The notes under the pieces: model-generated
The model's database searches: none
What the model was told of the DNA's origin: nothing
What the model saw: the letters and a program-made list of their open reading frames with translations, nothing else
Made by a program: the position numbers and the translations under genes
NCBI GenBank assembly: GCA_034658815.1
Contig: JAYEFY010000008.1
Span: forward strand, 1 to 49,094
Direction of reading: 5' to 3'
Source of the DNA: Patescibacteria group bacterium
GTDB lineage: Bacteria > Patescibacteriota > Minisyncoccia > Moranbacterales > DUUL01
Length of the DNA: 49,094 nt
Shown here: in pieces, positions 27,751 to 38,225 of the stretch
Position numbering within the stretch: the first letter of the stretch is position 1
How the letters are laid out: every line of letters begins with the position of its first letter

Positions 27751-30015
27751 TTATTGTTCGTAATTTCTTTGCTTCATTTTCTTGCGTTTCATTAAACGGC
27801 ATCCTCCAAAAAGCAATGGAACAGTGAACGCGAATGCCATGTTGCCGTACTTAATGAGGGAGGGCTGATTTTTATCTTCGAAAACCAATTTTCTTTCCGT
27901 TTTGTTTTTAAGCTGTATCTCGGCAAGAGAGTCTTCTTGCGCGAGCCAGGAAAGCGCGTCTGTCGTGAAAGCAAGATTTTCCACATTATTACTGATGCAC
28001 TGGTCGGTAATGAAGTCAGAATCTCCGACAACAACAATCCGTGATTTTGCTTTTTCGCTGTCAATTGTGGCTGCGACTGCCAGAAGTTGTTGTTTAAGAT
28101 CTTCTTTCATAAATTTTTGTTCCGGTGAAATATTGATTTGTCCCGTCTGAGTTCCGCCTGCCTCGGTTGTGGAAAGTAATTCCGTGATGGCATCAGTATT
28201 CTTATTTACTGTAATACTGCTTGCCCAAGGGAAAGTGATATTATTGACATTTGATGTTATGGGTGAGATTCCTGAAGATCTTACGGATCTGATCCAAAAT
28301 GGATAAGGGAGAAGATACTGAACGGGACCTCCTCCAAAACTTACCGTTTCATTCGACTGAAGGTCATAAATAAGATCAGAATTTACTTTTACTCCGTATT
28401 CTTGTTCAAGTAACGAATTGATATTGCTTTGAGCAGGCGCGGCGCTCATTAATTGAACCATCACATCAATACCGTCAACGAGAAATAGAGCATTGCCGCC
28501 GTTTGATATGAATTTTTTGATCTCGTCGGTTGTTTGCTGACTCAATTCTTCTTTCGGTCCGGCGACAACGATCACGTCAGTGCTTTCCGGTATGGTAAGA
28601 GTTGTTTTCTTTTCAGTTTCCTTCTCGGTGCCAGACGGCAATGGTTCATCATTAGAGGTTTCTTCCATCGGCGAGATCTCATCTATGTTGAATTGTTTTT
28701 CCAACTCCTTTTTAAGAAGCCGGGCATCGGTGGAAAGACTTTTCTCTCCATGTCCGGAAATGAAAACAAGCGTTTTCTTGTCATCAGTAGTGAGCTTTTT
28801 AATAAAACTGGTGAGCTGGTATTCAAGATCAGACGTATTTTCGATAAAAGGCATTGATTCATGCTCTCCTCCATATGATACTGCCAAACCCAAATAACCT
28901 GTTTTAACTTGAAATTCTTCCTGGCTTACGATATTGAATCGAATCTCTTGAACGCCGAGAGATGCCGCTTCTTGGACGGCGTTTTCATCCGTGGAAGGGT
29001 TTTTTCGTGTTACAACGATATTGCCCTTTCCAATAGTTTGGTAATCGCGCAATACATCGTTAACTTCGCGCAATACCGGCTGTAACTGCGCGGGCAGTTT
29101 CTCTGAAGCGAAAAATGTTATGTCAACAATGTCATCAAGCTGAGAGACGATTTTCTTGGTTGAGTGGCTTAAAGTGAAAGCTTTTCCTTCGGTTAAGTCT
29201 ATTCTTCCCGGGATTCGCGAACCGATTACGTTTGTAATAACCATAATGCATACGAATAGCATGATTCCCAATTGATAATTGCGATAATTCTTGTGCCTGT
29301 TTCCAAACTTGTTTCTAAGCAGCATAAGATATGCCAGACTTAAAAAAGCGGTTGAAATGGAGGCAAAGTACCAGACATCTCTAATGTCAATTACGCCTCG
29401 CGCCATTGAATTAAAGTGCGAAAGTACGGACAGCTGTTCAAAAAATGGTATGAACGAAAGAGGAAGATGGGAAGTAAAGATCTCAAATCCGGAGATGATC
29501 AGAAAAAAGCCGGCAACCACGGCGGTTAGCATTGCGGAAATTTGACTTGAAAAAAGACTCGAGACAAAAATACCCAACGAAATAAGAACTGCGCCGAGAA
29601 GCATACCTGCGATATATTGGCCGATAATGATTCCGGTATCGAAATTTCCAAATGAATTCAGGCTCCAAACGATGGGAGCAACAAAAATAAGCATGATCGC
29701 GATAAAGATCAGGCTCCCTAGAAATTTACCGATAAGCAATTCAATTTCATTGATAGGGCGCGTTAGGATAAATTCAAGCGTGCCTTCGCTTTTTTCCTGC
29801 GCGATGCTTCCCATGGTAAGCGCCGGGATGACAATAAGGAATATCCATGGAAGGAAATCAAACAAAACGCGAAGTGACGCTTGGCCGACTAAAAAGACAT
29901 TTCTAAAAAATAGGAATTCCCACAAAAGCAGAAAAGCGACAATAACAATATAGGCTGTCGGATTGTTAAAATACACGCGTAATTCTTTTTTAATGACGAT
30001 GAGAATATTTTTCAT
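27751..30015 (-). CDS. Fused GldF-like ABC permease and GldG-like auxiliary component
   Basis: 'KKELRVYFNNPTAYIV', 'EKSEGTLEFILTRP...GKF', 'RIDLTEGKAFTLS..TK', 'FISGHGE', 'RIVVVGDSDF', 'N..F...LSWL'. Confidence 0.88.
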   Translation of the reverse strand: MKNILIVIKKELRVYFNNPTAYIVIVAFLLLWEFLFFRNVFLVGQASLRVLFDFLPWIFLIVIPALTMGSIAQEKSEGTLEFILTRPINEIELLIGKFLGSLIFIAIMLIFVAPIVWSLNSFGNFDTGIIIGQYIAGMLLGAVLISLGIFVSSLFSSQISAMLTAVVAGFFLIISGFEIFTSHLPLSFIPFFEQLSVLSHFNSMARGVIDIRDVWYFASISTAFLSLAYLMLLRNKFGNRHKNYRNYQLGIMLFVCIMVITNVIGSRIPGRIDLTEGKAFTLSHSTKKIVSQLDDIVDITFFASEKLPAQLQPVLREVNDVLRDYQTIGKGNIVVTRKNPSTDENAVQEAASLGVQEIRFNIVSQEEFQVKTGYLGLAVSYGGEHESMPFIENTSDLEYQLTSFIKKLTTDDKKTLVFISGHGEKSLSTDARLLKKELEKQFNIDEISPMEETSNDEPLPSGTEKETEKKTTLTIPESTDVIVVAGPKEELSQQTTDEIKKFISNGGNALFLVDGIDVMVQLMSAAPAQSNINSLLEQEYGVKVNSDLIYDLQSNETVSFGGGPVQYLLPYPFWIRSVRSSGISPITSNVNNITFPWASSITVNKNTDAITELLSTTEAGGTQTGQINISPEQKFMKEDLKQQLLAVAATIDSEKAKSRIVVVGDSDFITDQCISNNVENLAFTTDALSWLAQEDSLAEIQLKNKTERKLVFEDKNQPSLIKYGNMAFAFTVPLLFGGCRLMKRKKMKQRNYEQ

Positions 30016-30058
30016 GGTTGTCTGTTATATTTTCGATTAGACTGTTTAGAAGCGTTGT

Positions 30059-30982
30059 TTATTCTTCAGTTAACTGTTGGAAAATATCTTCAAGCTTGTA
30101 TTCTTTCTCAACCAATTTCCAAACGATCCAATTATTTTTTTGCGCAAGTCTGGAAAGTTCAGGTTGAAGCGCGTTTGATCTGTCGGCTGCCAATGTTGCC
30201 GAAATTCGGTTATTTATATTCGATTCAATGGAAATATTTTTGAGGATGCCAATTGTTTTAATAGCGGATTCAACGTTTTCTCCCTCGATCTCTATTTGCA
30301 GGGAGTGTTCTTTTCTGGCGGCTTGTGACAGTTCGGCGGTAGTTCCGTCGGCGACAAGTTTTCCTTTATTAATGATCAACAGCCTGTTGCACATAGCTGA
30401 TGCTTCCTGCATGACATGCGTGCTTATGATAATGGTATGGTTTTTGGCGAGTTTGCCGATAAGTAAGCGTATTTCAGTTCGCTGGTTCGGGTCGAGACCT
30501 TCTGTCGGCTCATCCATAATAATGATCTTTGGCTGGTGAATGAGAGCTGCGGCAATGCCAACGCGCTGTTTGTATCCTTTAGAAAGTTCGCTGATAGGCC
30601 TGTAAAACACAGATTCGATCTTAACGGATGAAACAACAAAATCAAACGCATCCCGGCGTTTACTTTTTGGTATGTTATTCAGATCCGCGGCAACAGTTAA
30701 CAGCTCTGAAACCTGCATGTCTTGATAAAGAGGATTATTCTCCGGCAAGTACCCGATATATTTTTGAGCGCCGGTCGGATCTTTTTCCATTGAAATATTG
30801 TTCACGGCAACGCTTCCCTTGTCCGGAGACAGGAAACCGGTCAAGATCCTCATTGTTGTTGTTTTGCCGGCGCCATTAGGACCAAGAAACCCGACAATTT
30901 CTCCTTGTTTGATCTCAAACGAGAGATCATCAACCGCTTTTACAAACCCGAATGCTTTGGAAATATTTTCAACCTTGATCAT
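30059..30982 (-). CDS. ABC transporter ATP-binding protein (GldA-like)
   Basis: Walker A GPNGAGKTT; signature LSKGYKQRVG; Walker B IIMDEPTEGLDPNQ. Confidence 0.93.
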   Translation of the reverse strand: MIKVENISKAFGFVKAVDDLSFEIKQGEIVGFLGPNGAGKTTTMRILTGFLSPDKGSVAVNNISMEKDPTGAQKYIGYLPENNPLYQDMQVSELLTVAADLNNIPKSKRRDAFDFVVSSVKIESVFYRPISELSKGYKQRVGIAAALIHQPKIIIMDEPTEGLDPNQRTEIRLLIGKLAKNHTIIISTHVMQEASAMCNRLLIINKGKLVADGTTAELSQAARKEHSLQIEIEGENVESAIKTIGILKNISIESNINNRISATLAADRSNALQPELSRLAQKNNWIVWKLVEKEYKLEDIFQQLTEE

Positions 30983-31153
30983 TTCTCATGATATTAATGA
31001 TTTATCGATCTATGGTATGATTGTTTTACGCGCAGGAATACAATTGTAGTACATGTGTTAATAATTGTAAAATGATTTTTCATCTGTTTCTTGGTCAAAT
31101 TCCGAATCGTCAAATTATCATTCAGTTGTATGACAATTCAATCGCGTGAATCA

Positions 31154-31182
31154 TTGACATTGTTTACCACATTTGCCATAAT
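31154..31182 (+). promoter_or_regulatory. Sigma-70 promoter
   Basis: TTGACA-17 bp-CATAAT with a TG extension. Confidence 0.6.
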
Positions 31183-31263
31183 TGCAAGTCAGTAGAGAAT
31201 GACATTGGATAAATAATGTTGTTTTTCCATGTAACTTAACAATCAAAAAAAGGAGACGCTGGT

Positions 31264-32136
31264 ATGAAAAAGTTATTACTGTTGGGAATTGTATTTGCTG
31301 TTATTATTTCAATTTCTTCCGTGTTTGCCGGTTCTGATGGCAAGAATAAGAGTTATGAGTTTACTGTTAAAGAAGACGGCAAGCTAAAAATCTATGGGCT
31401 TGTGGCGGAATATCCTGAACCGCCGGCAGGTGTACCGGCGGAAGTCGCCTTGAAAATAATTCAGGGTGAAATTCCTAGTTATATTGTGCCGGGTAAAAGT
31501 AAGATTCACGTGGATCGGTTGTTTTGGCTGCCAAAAGCAAGTACCCAGACAGCTCGAACCAGAATAATGTGGAACGGCACTGACTGGGATGAGAGCAAGC
31601 TAGCGCCTACCTCAAAAGAAGCAAACAATAACATATATGGCACGCTTACCTTAATCATAGTCGGAATCTTTGCGACAAGCATTATTAGCCAGTATTCAAC
31701 AAGCGGAAAACAGAATTGGGGACTTTTTGTTTTCTATGGCGCGCTTGCGAGTATAGTGCTTGTAGCGCTAGTCTGGTTTATTGGCAAACCAAATATTGAT
31801 AAACCTATTGTCGGGGGCATACTGATTATATCAATCGGTGTATTGATTGGCGGATTAGCCGGTATATTAGCTAGTGGATTGGCCAATAGATTGACTACAT
31901 TAATCAGTATGGATATAGCATTTAGCATATTGGCTGGCGCATCAACCAGCGCATTAGCCGGCGCATTAGCGTTGAATGGGCAACCCAAAATGCTTATACA
32001 GCTCTTAGGTTTTTTACTGGTTGTCTCCATAGGTTCTTTTATTCCAGCAAAAGCACTTATGCTTGCTTCAACGGCAAGCAAATCAAAAAGAAGACGAGAG
32101 AAAGAGAAAGAGAAACAGGGAATAGCTGACGGCTGA
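31264..32136 (+). CDS. Hypothetical membrane protein (signal peptide, small external domain, about 5 TM helices)
   Basis: SD AAGGAG; signal peptide VFA-G; Gly/Ala-rich hydrophobic helices; downstream hairpin plus U-tract. Confidence 0.7.
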   Translation: MKKLLLLGIVFAVIISISSVFAGSDGKNKSYEFTVKEDGKLKIYGLVAEYPEPPAGVPAEVALKIIQGEIPSYIVPGKSKIHVDRLFWLPKASTQTARTRIMWNGTDWDESKLAPTSKEANNNIYGTLTLIIVGIFATSIISQYSTSGKQNWGLFVFYGALASIVLVALVWFIGKPNIDKPIVGGILIISIGVLIGGLAGILASGLANRLTTLISMDIAFSILAGASTSALAGALALNGQPKMLIQLLGFLLVVSIGSFIPAKALMLASTASKSKRRREKEKEKQGIADG

Positions 32137-32415
32137 TTCCAGTTAAGTAGTAATAAGGAAAAAATAAGAAAACAGAGCCTCGGTCAGATCGTTGATCGGG
32201 GCTTTTCCATTTTTCAGAAAATTGCGCTGGAGCGGGTTTCCCCGCCCGAACGTACCGCTCAGTATAAGCTGGCCTGTCCGCCGTACTGGCGGACAGGCAT
32301 CGGGGGTTTTAACGCCGATCCGTTTTTTTTGACCTTGGGCGTGGAATAATGTAGAATTTACATAACATTTACCAGTTTAAAATAAAATTTAACTAAAAAG
32401 TAAAAAGAAGACAAT

Positions 32416-33144
32416 ATGAAAAAGATTCTCTTGATTACATTGCTCTTTGTCGTGTCAATCAGCTTATTCGGCTGTTCCTTGCTCGGCAAAAAGGAAAGCA
32501 ACGAAAAACAAAAAACTGAAAGTCAAAAACAAGATCAGCAGAAAACGGAAAAGCCGTCTTCCGATGCCGATCAAAACAAAGAGGAATCATTTTTCGGTTC
32601 AATGCAGGATTTAATGGCGCGTGGCAAATTTCTAAAGTGCACTTATAAAGAAAATTTGTCTGATGGCAGCGAAAGCGAAGTAGTAATGTATATTTCAGGG
32701 AACAAGGTGAGGACTGAAATGGAAATAAATACTGATACAGGAGAAGCAATAGAAAGCCATATGATTATTGATAAGGATTGGATGTATATGTGGAATTCTT
32801 TTACTCCCAATGGCACGAAAATGAATATAAAGGAAATGTCAAAAAAGGAAGATGTGTCAGATAGCGATGTTAATAAAGGCATGACTAATTTAGCCAAGGA
32901 AACAGATTATAAATGCCGGACTTGGATTCCCGACAATTCAAAGTTTACTGTTCCTTCTGATATTGAATTTATGGATATAACCGAAACGATGAAAGATTTT
33001 CAAGGTACAATGCAAAATATTGATACGGACAAAGTAAAAAAATCAGGCGAAGAAACAGAACAACAATTGTGCGATATGTGCGAAATAATACCTGCGGGAC
33101 CGGCTAAGGACAGTTGTTTGGCTGAATGCGGGTCAAGTGATTAA
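32416..33144 (+). CDS. Putative lipoprotein with a C-terminal CxxC...CxxxC module
   Basis: Lipobox LFGC; 'LKCTY', 'YISGNKVR', 'MYMW...GTKM', 'YKCRTW.PD.SKF.VP..IEF'. Confidence 0.75.
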   Translation: MKKILLITLLFVVSISLFGCSLLGKKESNEKQKTESQKQDQQKTEKPSSDADQNKEESFFGSMQDLMARGKFLKCTYKENLSDGSESEVVMYISGNKVRTEMEINTDTGEAIESHMIIDKDWMYMWNSFTPNGTKMNIKEMSKKEDVSDSDVNKGMTNLAKETDYKCRTWIPDNSKFTVPSDIEFMDITETMKDFQGTMQNIDTDKVKKSGEETEQQLCDMCEIIPAGPAKDSCLAECGSSD

Positions 33145-33300
33145 AAAAATGTTTACGTTTGATCATCTTATTAGCTCCATAGTCCTTTTAGGATTATGGA
33201 GCCGCAGTGTAGCGATTAGTTATCTAAGATTTCAAGAAACCATGTTGCCCTAAATGAGGCGAACAAAAATTAATTTATAACTTTCTAACATTTTCGGTTT

Positions 33301-33657
33301 ATGGCTAATGAAATACAACTTAAATCTGGAACGATCAAGCATCTCCAGAAGTATATTGATAGAAAGATAAAACAGAGAGGCTTTGAAGATGAATCACTGC
33401 ACGAAAGACTGCTTTTACTGACGGAGGAGATCGGAGAGCTTGTTAAGGCTTGTCGAAAGATATCCGGTATGAATATTAAATACCAAGTAGGCGAGGAAAT
33501 TACTGATGTTATAAACATGATATTCTGTGTTGGTATCAAGTTGAATATAGATATCGAGAAAGAGTTTTATGATAAAGAGGCGCGGATCGATAAACGTTTT
33601 TACAAACGGTCAACCAAAAAACACGAAGAATATCGAAATTACGGAAATGAGCAATAA
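33301..33657 (+). CDS. MazG-like nucleotide pyrophosphohydrolase
   Basis: 'LLTEEIGELVKACRK' and 'VGEEITDV'. Confidence 0.85.
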   Translation: MANEIQLKSGTIKHLQKYIDRKIKQRGFEDESLHERLLLLTEEIGELVKACRKISGMNIKYQVGEEITDVINMIFCVGIKLNIDIEKEFYDKEARIDKRFYKRSTKKHEEYRNYGNEQ

Positions 33658-33788
33658 CTTGTAAATATGAAGCTCCGCGCACTCACGCGCATAGTGTCCT
33701 ATTTCTTCAACGGAGCGAAATCCGCCGAAGCAGGCAAGTAGCAGACAGGTGCGGGGGGAGAGGCAAATAAACTTCTAATCGAATAACA

Positions 33789-35126
33789 ATGAGAGAAACA
33801 GACGTTTTGATAATCGGCGGCGGTCCGGCGGGGTTGATAGCCGCGGGAACTGCCAGAAAAAACAATCCTGATAAAGAGATTGCTTTAGTTAGAAAATACG
33901 CGGAATGTGTTGTTCCATGCGGACTGCCATACATTTTTAATCGTCTGGACGCGGTGGAAAAAGATAAAATGTCTGATAAAGCATATGAAGCAAACAAAGT
34001 TGACATAATCATTGGAGAAGCGATAAGTATTGATACAAATAACAAAAAAGTAGTGCTTGGCGATAAAGAAAGAATAAGTTACGACAAACTGATCTTAGCC
34101 ATTGGCTCCAGATCAGTTGCCATTCCCATAAAAGGAGTGGAAATAAGCGGCGTTTATCAAATCAGGAAAGATATTTCCTATCTGAAAGAATTAAGAGACG
34201 CGGTTGTCAAAGCCAAGAACATTGTTATCATTGGAGGCGGTTTCATCGGGGTGGAGCTGGCGGAAGAATTGAGCGCGATGGAAGACAAAAATATAAGCCT
34301 GGTAGAGATTTTAGACCACTGTCTGATCGGCGCTTTTGATAAAGAGTTCGCTCTTGCCGGTGAAGAAAAGATCAAAGAAAAAGGAGTAAAACTTCATCTG
34401 CAAACCACAGTGAAAGAAATAACAGGAAAAGATAAGGTAGAGGCGGTGAAATTCAGCAATGGCGAACAAATCCCAGCCGATTTGGTGATAATATCAGTTG
34501 GCGCGAAGCCCGCCGTTAAACTGGCTGAAAACGCGGAGATTAAAGTGGCAGAAAAGGGAGGAATTTTAACGGATGAATTTATGCGAACCAACGTGCCTGA
34601 CGTTTTTGCGGCCGGAGATTGCGCTGAAACCCGAAATTTTTTTACCGGGAAATCCAATTTGATAATGCTTGCCTCGGTGGCTTGTTATGAAGCCAGAATT
34701 GCCGGCGCTAATTTATATCGTGATGAAAGAGATATGATAAAAAATGAAGGCACGATCGCGGCTTTTTCAACTTATCTCAACGGATTAGTTCTGGGCGCAG
34801 TCGGGCTGACTGAAAAAACGGCGGCGCAAGAAAATATCACGGCAATTGCCGGTGCGAGCGAAGCGCCGAATCATCATCCGGGGACTTTGCCCGGAACGGA
34901 AACAATCAAAGTAAAACTTGTTTTTGAGAAAGCATCAAAGATATTGGTTGGCGGACAAGTAGCCGGACCTGAAAGCGTCGCGGAAATGATAAATTTAATC
35001 GCCGTGGCTGTTCAGCAAAAAATAACAGCGCGGGAATTGGCTAATTTGCAAGTCGCCACTCATCCGTTGATTACCGCTCCGCCCACGGCTTATCCGATCA
35101 TTAAAGCCGCAGAGGAAATTTTATAG
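33789..35126 (+). CDS. FAD-dependent pyridine nucleotide-disulfide oxidoreductase (CoA-disulfide reductase/NADH oxidase family)
   Basis: GGGPAG; redox Cys in 'PCGLPY'; GGGFIGVE; 'VFAAGDCA'; C-terminal dimerisation domain. Confidence 0.92.
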   Translation: MRETDVLIIGGGPAGLIAAGTARKNNPDKEIALVRKYAECVVPCGLPYIFNRLDAVEKDKMSDKAYEANKVDIIIGEAISIDTNNKKVVLGDKERISYDKLILAIGSRSVAIPIKGVEISGVYQIRKDISYLKELRDAVVKAKNIVIIGGGFIGVELAEELSAMEDKNISLVEILDHCLIGAFDKEFALAGEEKIKEKGVKLHLQTTVKEITGKDKVEAVKFSNGEQIPADLVIISVGAKPAVKLAENAEIKVAEKGGILTDEFMRTNVPDVFAAGDCAETRNFFTGKSNLIMLASVACYEARIAGANLYRDERDMIKNEGTIAAFSTYLNGLVLGAVGLTEKTAAQENITAIAGASEAPNHHPGTLPGTETIKVKLVFEKASKILVGGQVAGPESVAEMINLIAVAVQQKITARELANLQVATHPLITAPPTAYPIIKAAEEIL

Positions 35127-35181
35127 TTTTCGAAATTTGTTTGTGAAGATTCAACTAGTTTGACAGTTAAAACAACAATTT

Positions 35182-36198
35182 ATGAGGCAAAAAACGCATT
35201 TGTTGGTGCCTTTGATCTTCTTTTTTCTATTTTTAATTTTAACGTTGGGAAAGAATATCATTCCCTTCTTAATTCTCGCCGCTCTTATTCTGCCTATTGC
35301 GGTTATGATCGGCAAAAAAAAGCCTATGAATGAAAACAATACGATCAATGTGAATCCGAATATTGATTTTGATCTCAAGAAGCTCAAAAAAAGAAGCAGT
35401 ATCGTTTTAATCATTTTATTCCTTTTGATAGTCGGAGTTTTTTCTATTGTGATTGTTCCCGCGGGTGAAACCGGCGTTTATCATCTTTTTGGAAAAGTGA
35501 AGAGTAAAGAGTTGTCATCCGGGATTCATTTGAAAAATCCATTGGCAGTAGTTACTAAAATGAGCATAAGAACGGAAGAATATACGATGAGCATTACGAA
35601 AGGGGAAGGTGATGTTAAAGTCGCTGACGCGATCAAAGCGTTAACGAAAGAAGGGCTTGAGGTTGATTTGGACATGACTATCTTGTACCATCTGAAAGAA
35701 GATCGGGCATCGGAAGTGTTTAAAAATGTCGGGCTTGATTATGTCCAAAAAATAATTCGCCCGAGCATAAGAAGCGGAATCAGGGAGATTGTCGCTAACT
35801 ACGAAGCCAAAGACATTTATTCGGAAAAAAGACAAGAAACGGCGGAAAAGATCTTGGAGAAATTAAAAAAAGATATTAATCCGCGCGGTATTGAAATAGA
35901 AGAAGTTTTGTTGCGCAACGTAAATTTGCCTCCAAAGTTGTCCAATTCCATTCAAGAAAAACTTACAGCGGAACAAGAAGCGCAAAGATATGATTTTGTT
36001 CTGCAAAAAGAAACCAAAGAAGCCGAAAGAAAAAGAATCGAGGCGGCCGGGCAGCGTGATGCCCAAAAGATCATCAATGAAAGCCTAACTCCGAATTATT
36101 TGAATTATCTCTACATTAGGGAACTTAAAGACCGCGAAGGCACTATTTATGTTCCGATAAATCCATCGACTGGAATGCCAATGTTCAGAGGGTTGTAG
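35182..36198 (+). CDS. SPFH / band-7 prohibitin-family membrane protein
   Basis: 'IVPAGETGV...FG', 'TKEGLEVDLD', 'IIRPSIRSGIR', 'EAERKRIEAAG'. Confidence 0.92.
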   Translation: MRQKTHLLVPLIFFFLFLILTLGKNIIPFLILAALILPIAVMIGKKKPMNENNTINVNPNIDFDLKKLKKRSSIVLIILFLLIVGVFSIVIVPAGETGVYHLFGKVKSKELSSGIHLKNPLAVVTKMSIRTEEYTMSITKGEGDVKVADAIKALTKEGLEVDLDMTILYHLKEDRASEVFKNVGLDYVQKIIRPSIRSGIREIVANYEAKDIYSEKRQETAEKILEKLKKDINPRGIEIEEVLLRNVNLPPKLSNSIQEKLTAEQEAQRYDFVLQKETKEAERKRIEAAGQRDAQKIINESLTPNYLNYLYIRELKDREGTIYVPINPSTGMPMFRGL

Positions 36199-36351
36199 TT
36201 TGTTTTTGGCATTTCTTATGAAGTACTATCCGAGAATTAAGAAACTGTTTTCAAATTCACTTTCATCGCGCTTCCATGTACTCGGGACAGCCGGGATTTG
36301 CAGCAGAAAACGGAGTTGTTTTCAATCGCAAGAGTAATTCATTTAAAAAGG

Positions 36352-37053
36352 ATGTCTCACAAAAAGCGGAATATCTCGAATGTTCATGTCCCGATAAAAT
36401 TGCTAACCAAAGAACAAGGTGATGTCTTAAAGCTGATAGGAATGATCACCATGCTCGCTGATCATGTCGGGATAATGTTTTTTCCGGACGCGGCTCTGCC
36501 AAGAATTATCGGAAGGTTGGCGTTTCCGGTTTTTGCTTTTAGTATCGCGCAGGGATTTTATTTTACTTCCGATTTAAAAAAATATTTTTTCAGGCTTATA
36601 TCACTCGGAATTATTTCCCAAGTCCCTTTTATGCTCGCCTTTGATTTTCTTGACAAGCTCAATATAATTTTCACTCTTGCCTTGGGATTGCTGACGCTGT
36701 TCTTTTTCGATAAAAAACGCTATTTTTTAATGCTTCTTCCTCTCATTACTTCAATTGTGCTCCCGGTAGAGTATGGCGTATATGGGATCTTATTAATCTT
36801 CTCTTTCTATTTTTTTAAAAAGAAGCATTTAGTAATTTTATTTCAGTTGATGGCAACGTTTTTGTTTGCTTTGGCTACGAACGCTCCCTTGCAAATGTAC
36901 TCTCTTTTCGGCACAGGATTAATATTAGGTTTTCCGGCAATCAAGATCAATATTCACTTGCCAAAGCATTTTTTTTACTGGTTCTATCCTATTCACTTAG
37001 CTTTACTTTTCATGATAAAACTCATTTTGGATAATAACTTTTTTAATTTTTAG
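36352..37053 (+). CDS. TraX-family membrane acyltransferase-like protein
   Basis: 'LKLIGMITMLADHVG', 'IGRLAFPVFAF', 'ISQVPF', 'NIIFTL', 'FFYWFYPIHL'. Confidence 0.9.
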   Translation: MSHKKRNISNVHVPIKLLTKEQGDVLKLIGMITMLADHVGIMFFPDAALPRIIGRLAFPVFAFSIAQGFYFTSDLKKYFFRLISLGIISQVPFMLAFDFLDKLNIIFTLALGLLTLFFFDKKRYFLMLLPLITSIVLPVEYGVYGILLIFSFYFFKKKHLVILFQLMATFLFALATNAPLQMYSLFGTGLILGFPAIKINIHLPKHFFYWFYPIHLALLFMIKLILDNNFFNF

Positions 37054-37250
37054 AAATAAGAAAAAAGGCTGTATAAGGGTCAAGCGAGCTGTTGCGGACA
37101 TTGTGATAAATCATTTAAAAACCTTACTCAAACATCCTATCGGTTTATTGTCAAAATCTTACCGAAGCGGCATTTGCAATAAATACCATGCAATGTTATC
37201 ATTAAGCCAGTATGGGAATAGTCCCAATGAATAAAAATAAAAAATAAAAA

Positions 37251-37688
37251 ATGAAAATAAAAAATGATTTTGTAGGGCACAAATCTTTTGGGTTGTTCGT
37301 TGTTATAACGATTGGCGTAATTTTTTTCGCTTACATTGCTTTTGGGATTGTTTCGTTGGAACTGCGAGCAGAAAGAATCAAAAACAAAAATCATCAAGCA
37401 AACAAGACCTATTCCATTATTCGACAAAGCGATGAACAGCAGACGATGAAGAATGGTATTGACATGATTGCCGGAACCGTACTGACAATTGAAAATAATA
37501 TTGTCACGATAGAGGCTGATCTTGGAGACGGAGCGCTCTCTGAAGTCCGGTTGCTTGTCGGAGGAAACGATTTGTCTCTTATTCAAACTGGAGATGAAAT
37601 AACTGCAAAGCTTTTCTCCGGAGTAGCTGTATCTGAAATGGAAGATGGCGTACTTGAAGTTTCCAACGTTATTGTAAAAGAGCAATAA
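37251..37688 (+). CDS. Hypothetical single-TM protein with a small beta-rich domain
   Basis: N-terminal TM followed by 'GTVLTIENNIVTI...IQTGDEI'. Confidence 0.65.
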   Translation: MKIKNDFVGHKSFGLFVVITIGVIFFAYIAFGIVSLELRAERIKNKNHQANKTYSIIRQSDEQQTMKNGIDMIAGTVLTIENNIVTIEADLGDGALSEVRLLVGGNDLSLIQTGDEITAKLFSGVAVSEMEDGVLEVSNVIVKEQ

Positions 37689-37729
37689 GAAACCGCCTTA
37701 AAAATTTCTTCCACGCTTACTGCCTATCG

Positions 37730-37778
37730 CCTGCCTGCCCTGCCTGCCGGCAGGCAGGCGGTAAGCAGGGCAGGCAGA
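37730..37778. repeat. Nested CCTGCC/GGCAGG palindromes
   Basis: cctgcctgccctgcctgccggcaggcaggcggtaagcagggcaggcag; related copies near 20600, 21990, 40415 and 45102. Confidence 0.8.
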
Positions 37779-38118
37779 TGGCAGCAGGTGGATCTTTGAG
37801 ACAGGTTTCAGGCTGGGTTTGTGTTGTTTTGGGTAAATAAGGACTTTTATTTTGAAAAGTCTTTTCTTTTTTGGGATCTGCGGATGCAAAAATTCTGAAT
37901 GCTCATTCTTTGGAAATGTACCCACGTACTAGTCCGCCAAAGGCGGACGGTGCAGAATTTCGCTCCGTGGAATCCCGAACAAAAAAAGGCCGCGGGCGTA
38001 AGTAAGCCCATGGAACCACAATAAAAGGTCAGAAAAATCAAACCTAATGCACTGAAAATAAAATTACAATTTACATAACGGCCGTTGTATGTTTTAATTG
38101 TTATATAATTTCTTTTAT

Positions 38119-38213
38119 GGGACTATTCCCAAACTAATTCTTACTAGAAATTGTTCCCGCTTAGCGGGATAAATCCTAATTTTTACTAATTAAACTAGTT
38201 TGTCCACAATCCC
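38119..38213. mobile_element. Short MITE-like element (same TIR family as 20460)
   Basis: GGGACTATTCCCAAACTA ... TAGTTTGTCCACAATCCC with an internal TCCCGC-TTA-GCGGGA hairpin. Confidence 0.65.
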
Positions 38214-38225
38214 TTACAAAAAAGT

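Noticed and set aside
36352-37053. Conjugative element implied by TraX
   Set aside because: No relaxase, coupling protein or T4SS genes are present; stand-alone TraX-family genes are common.
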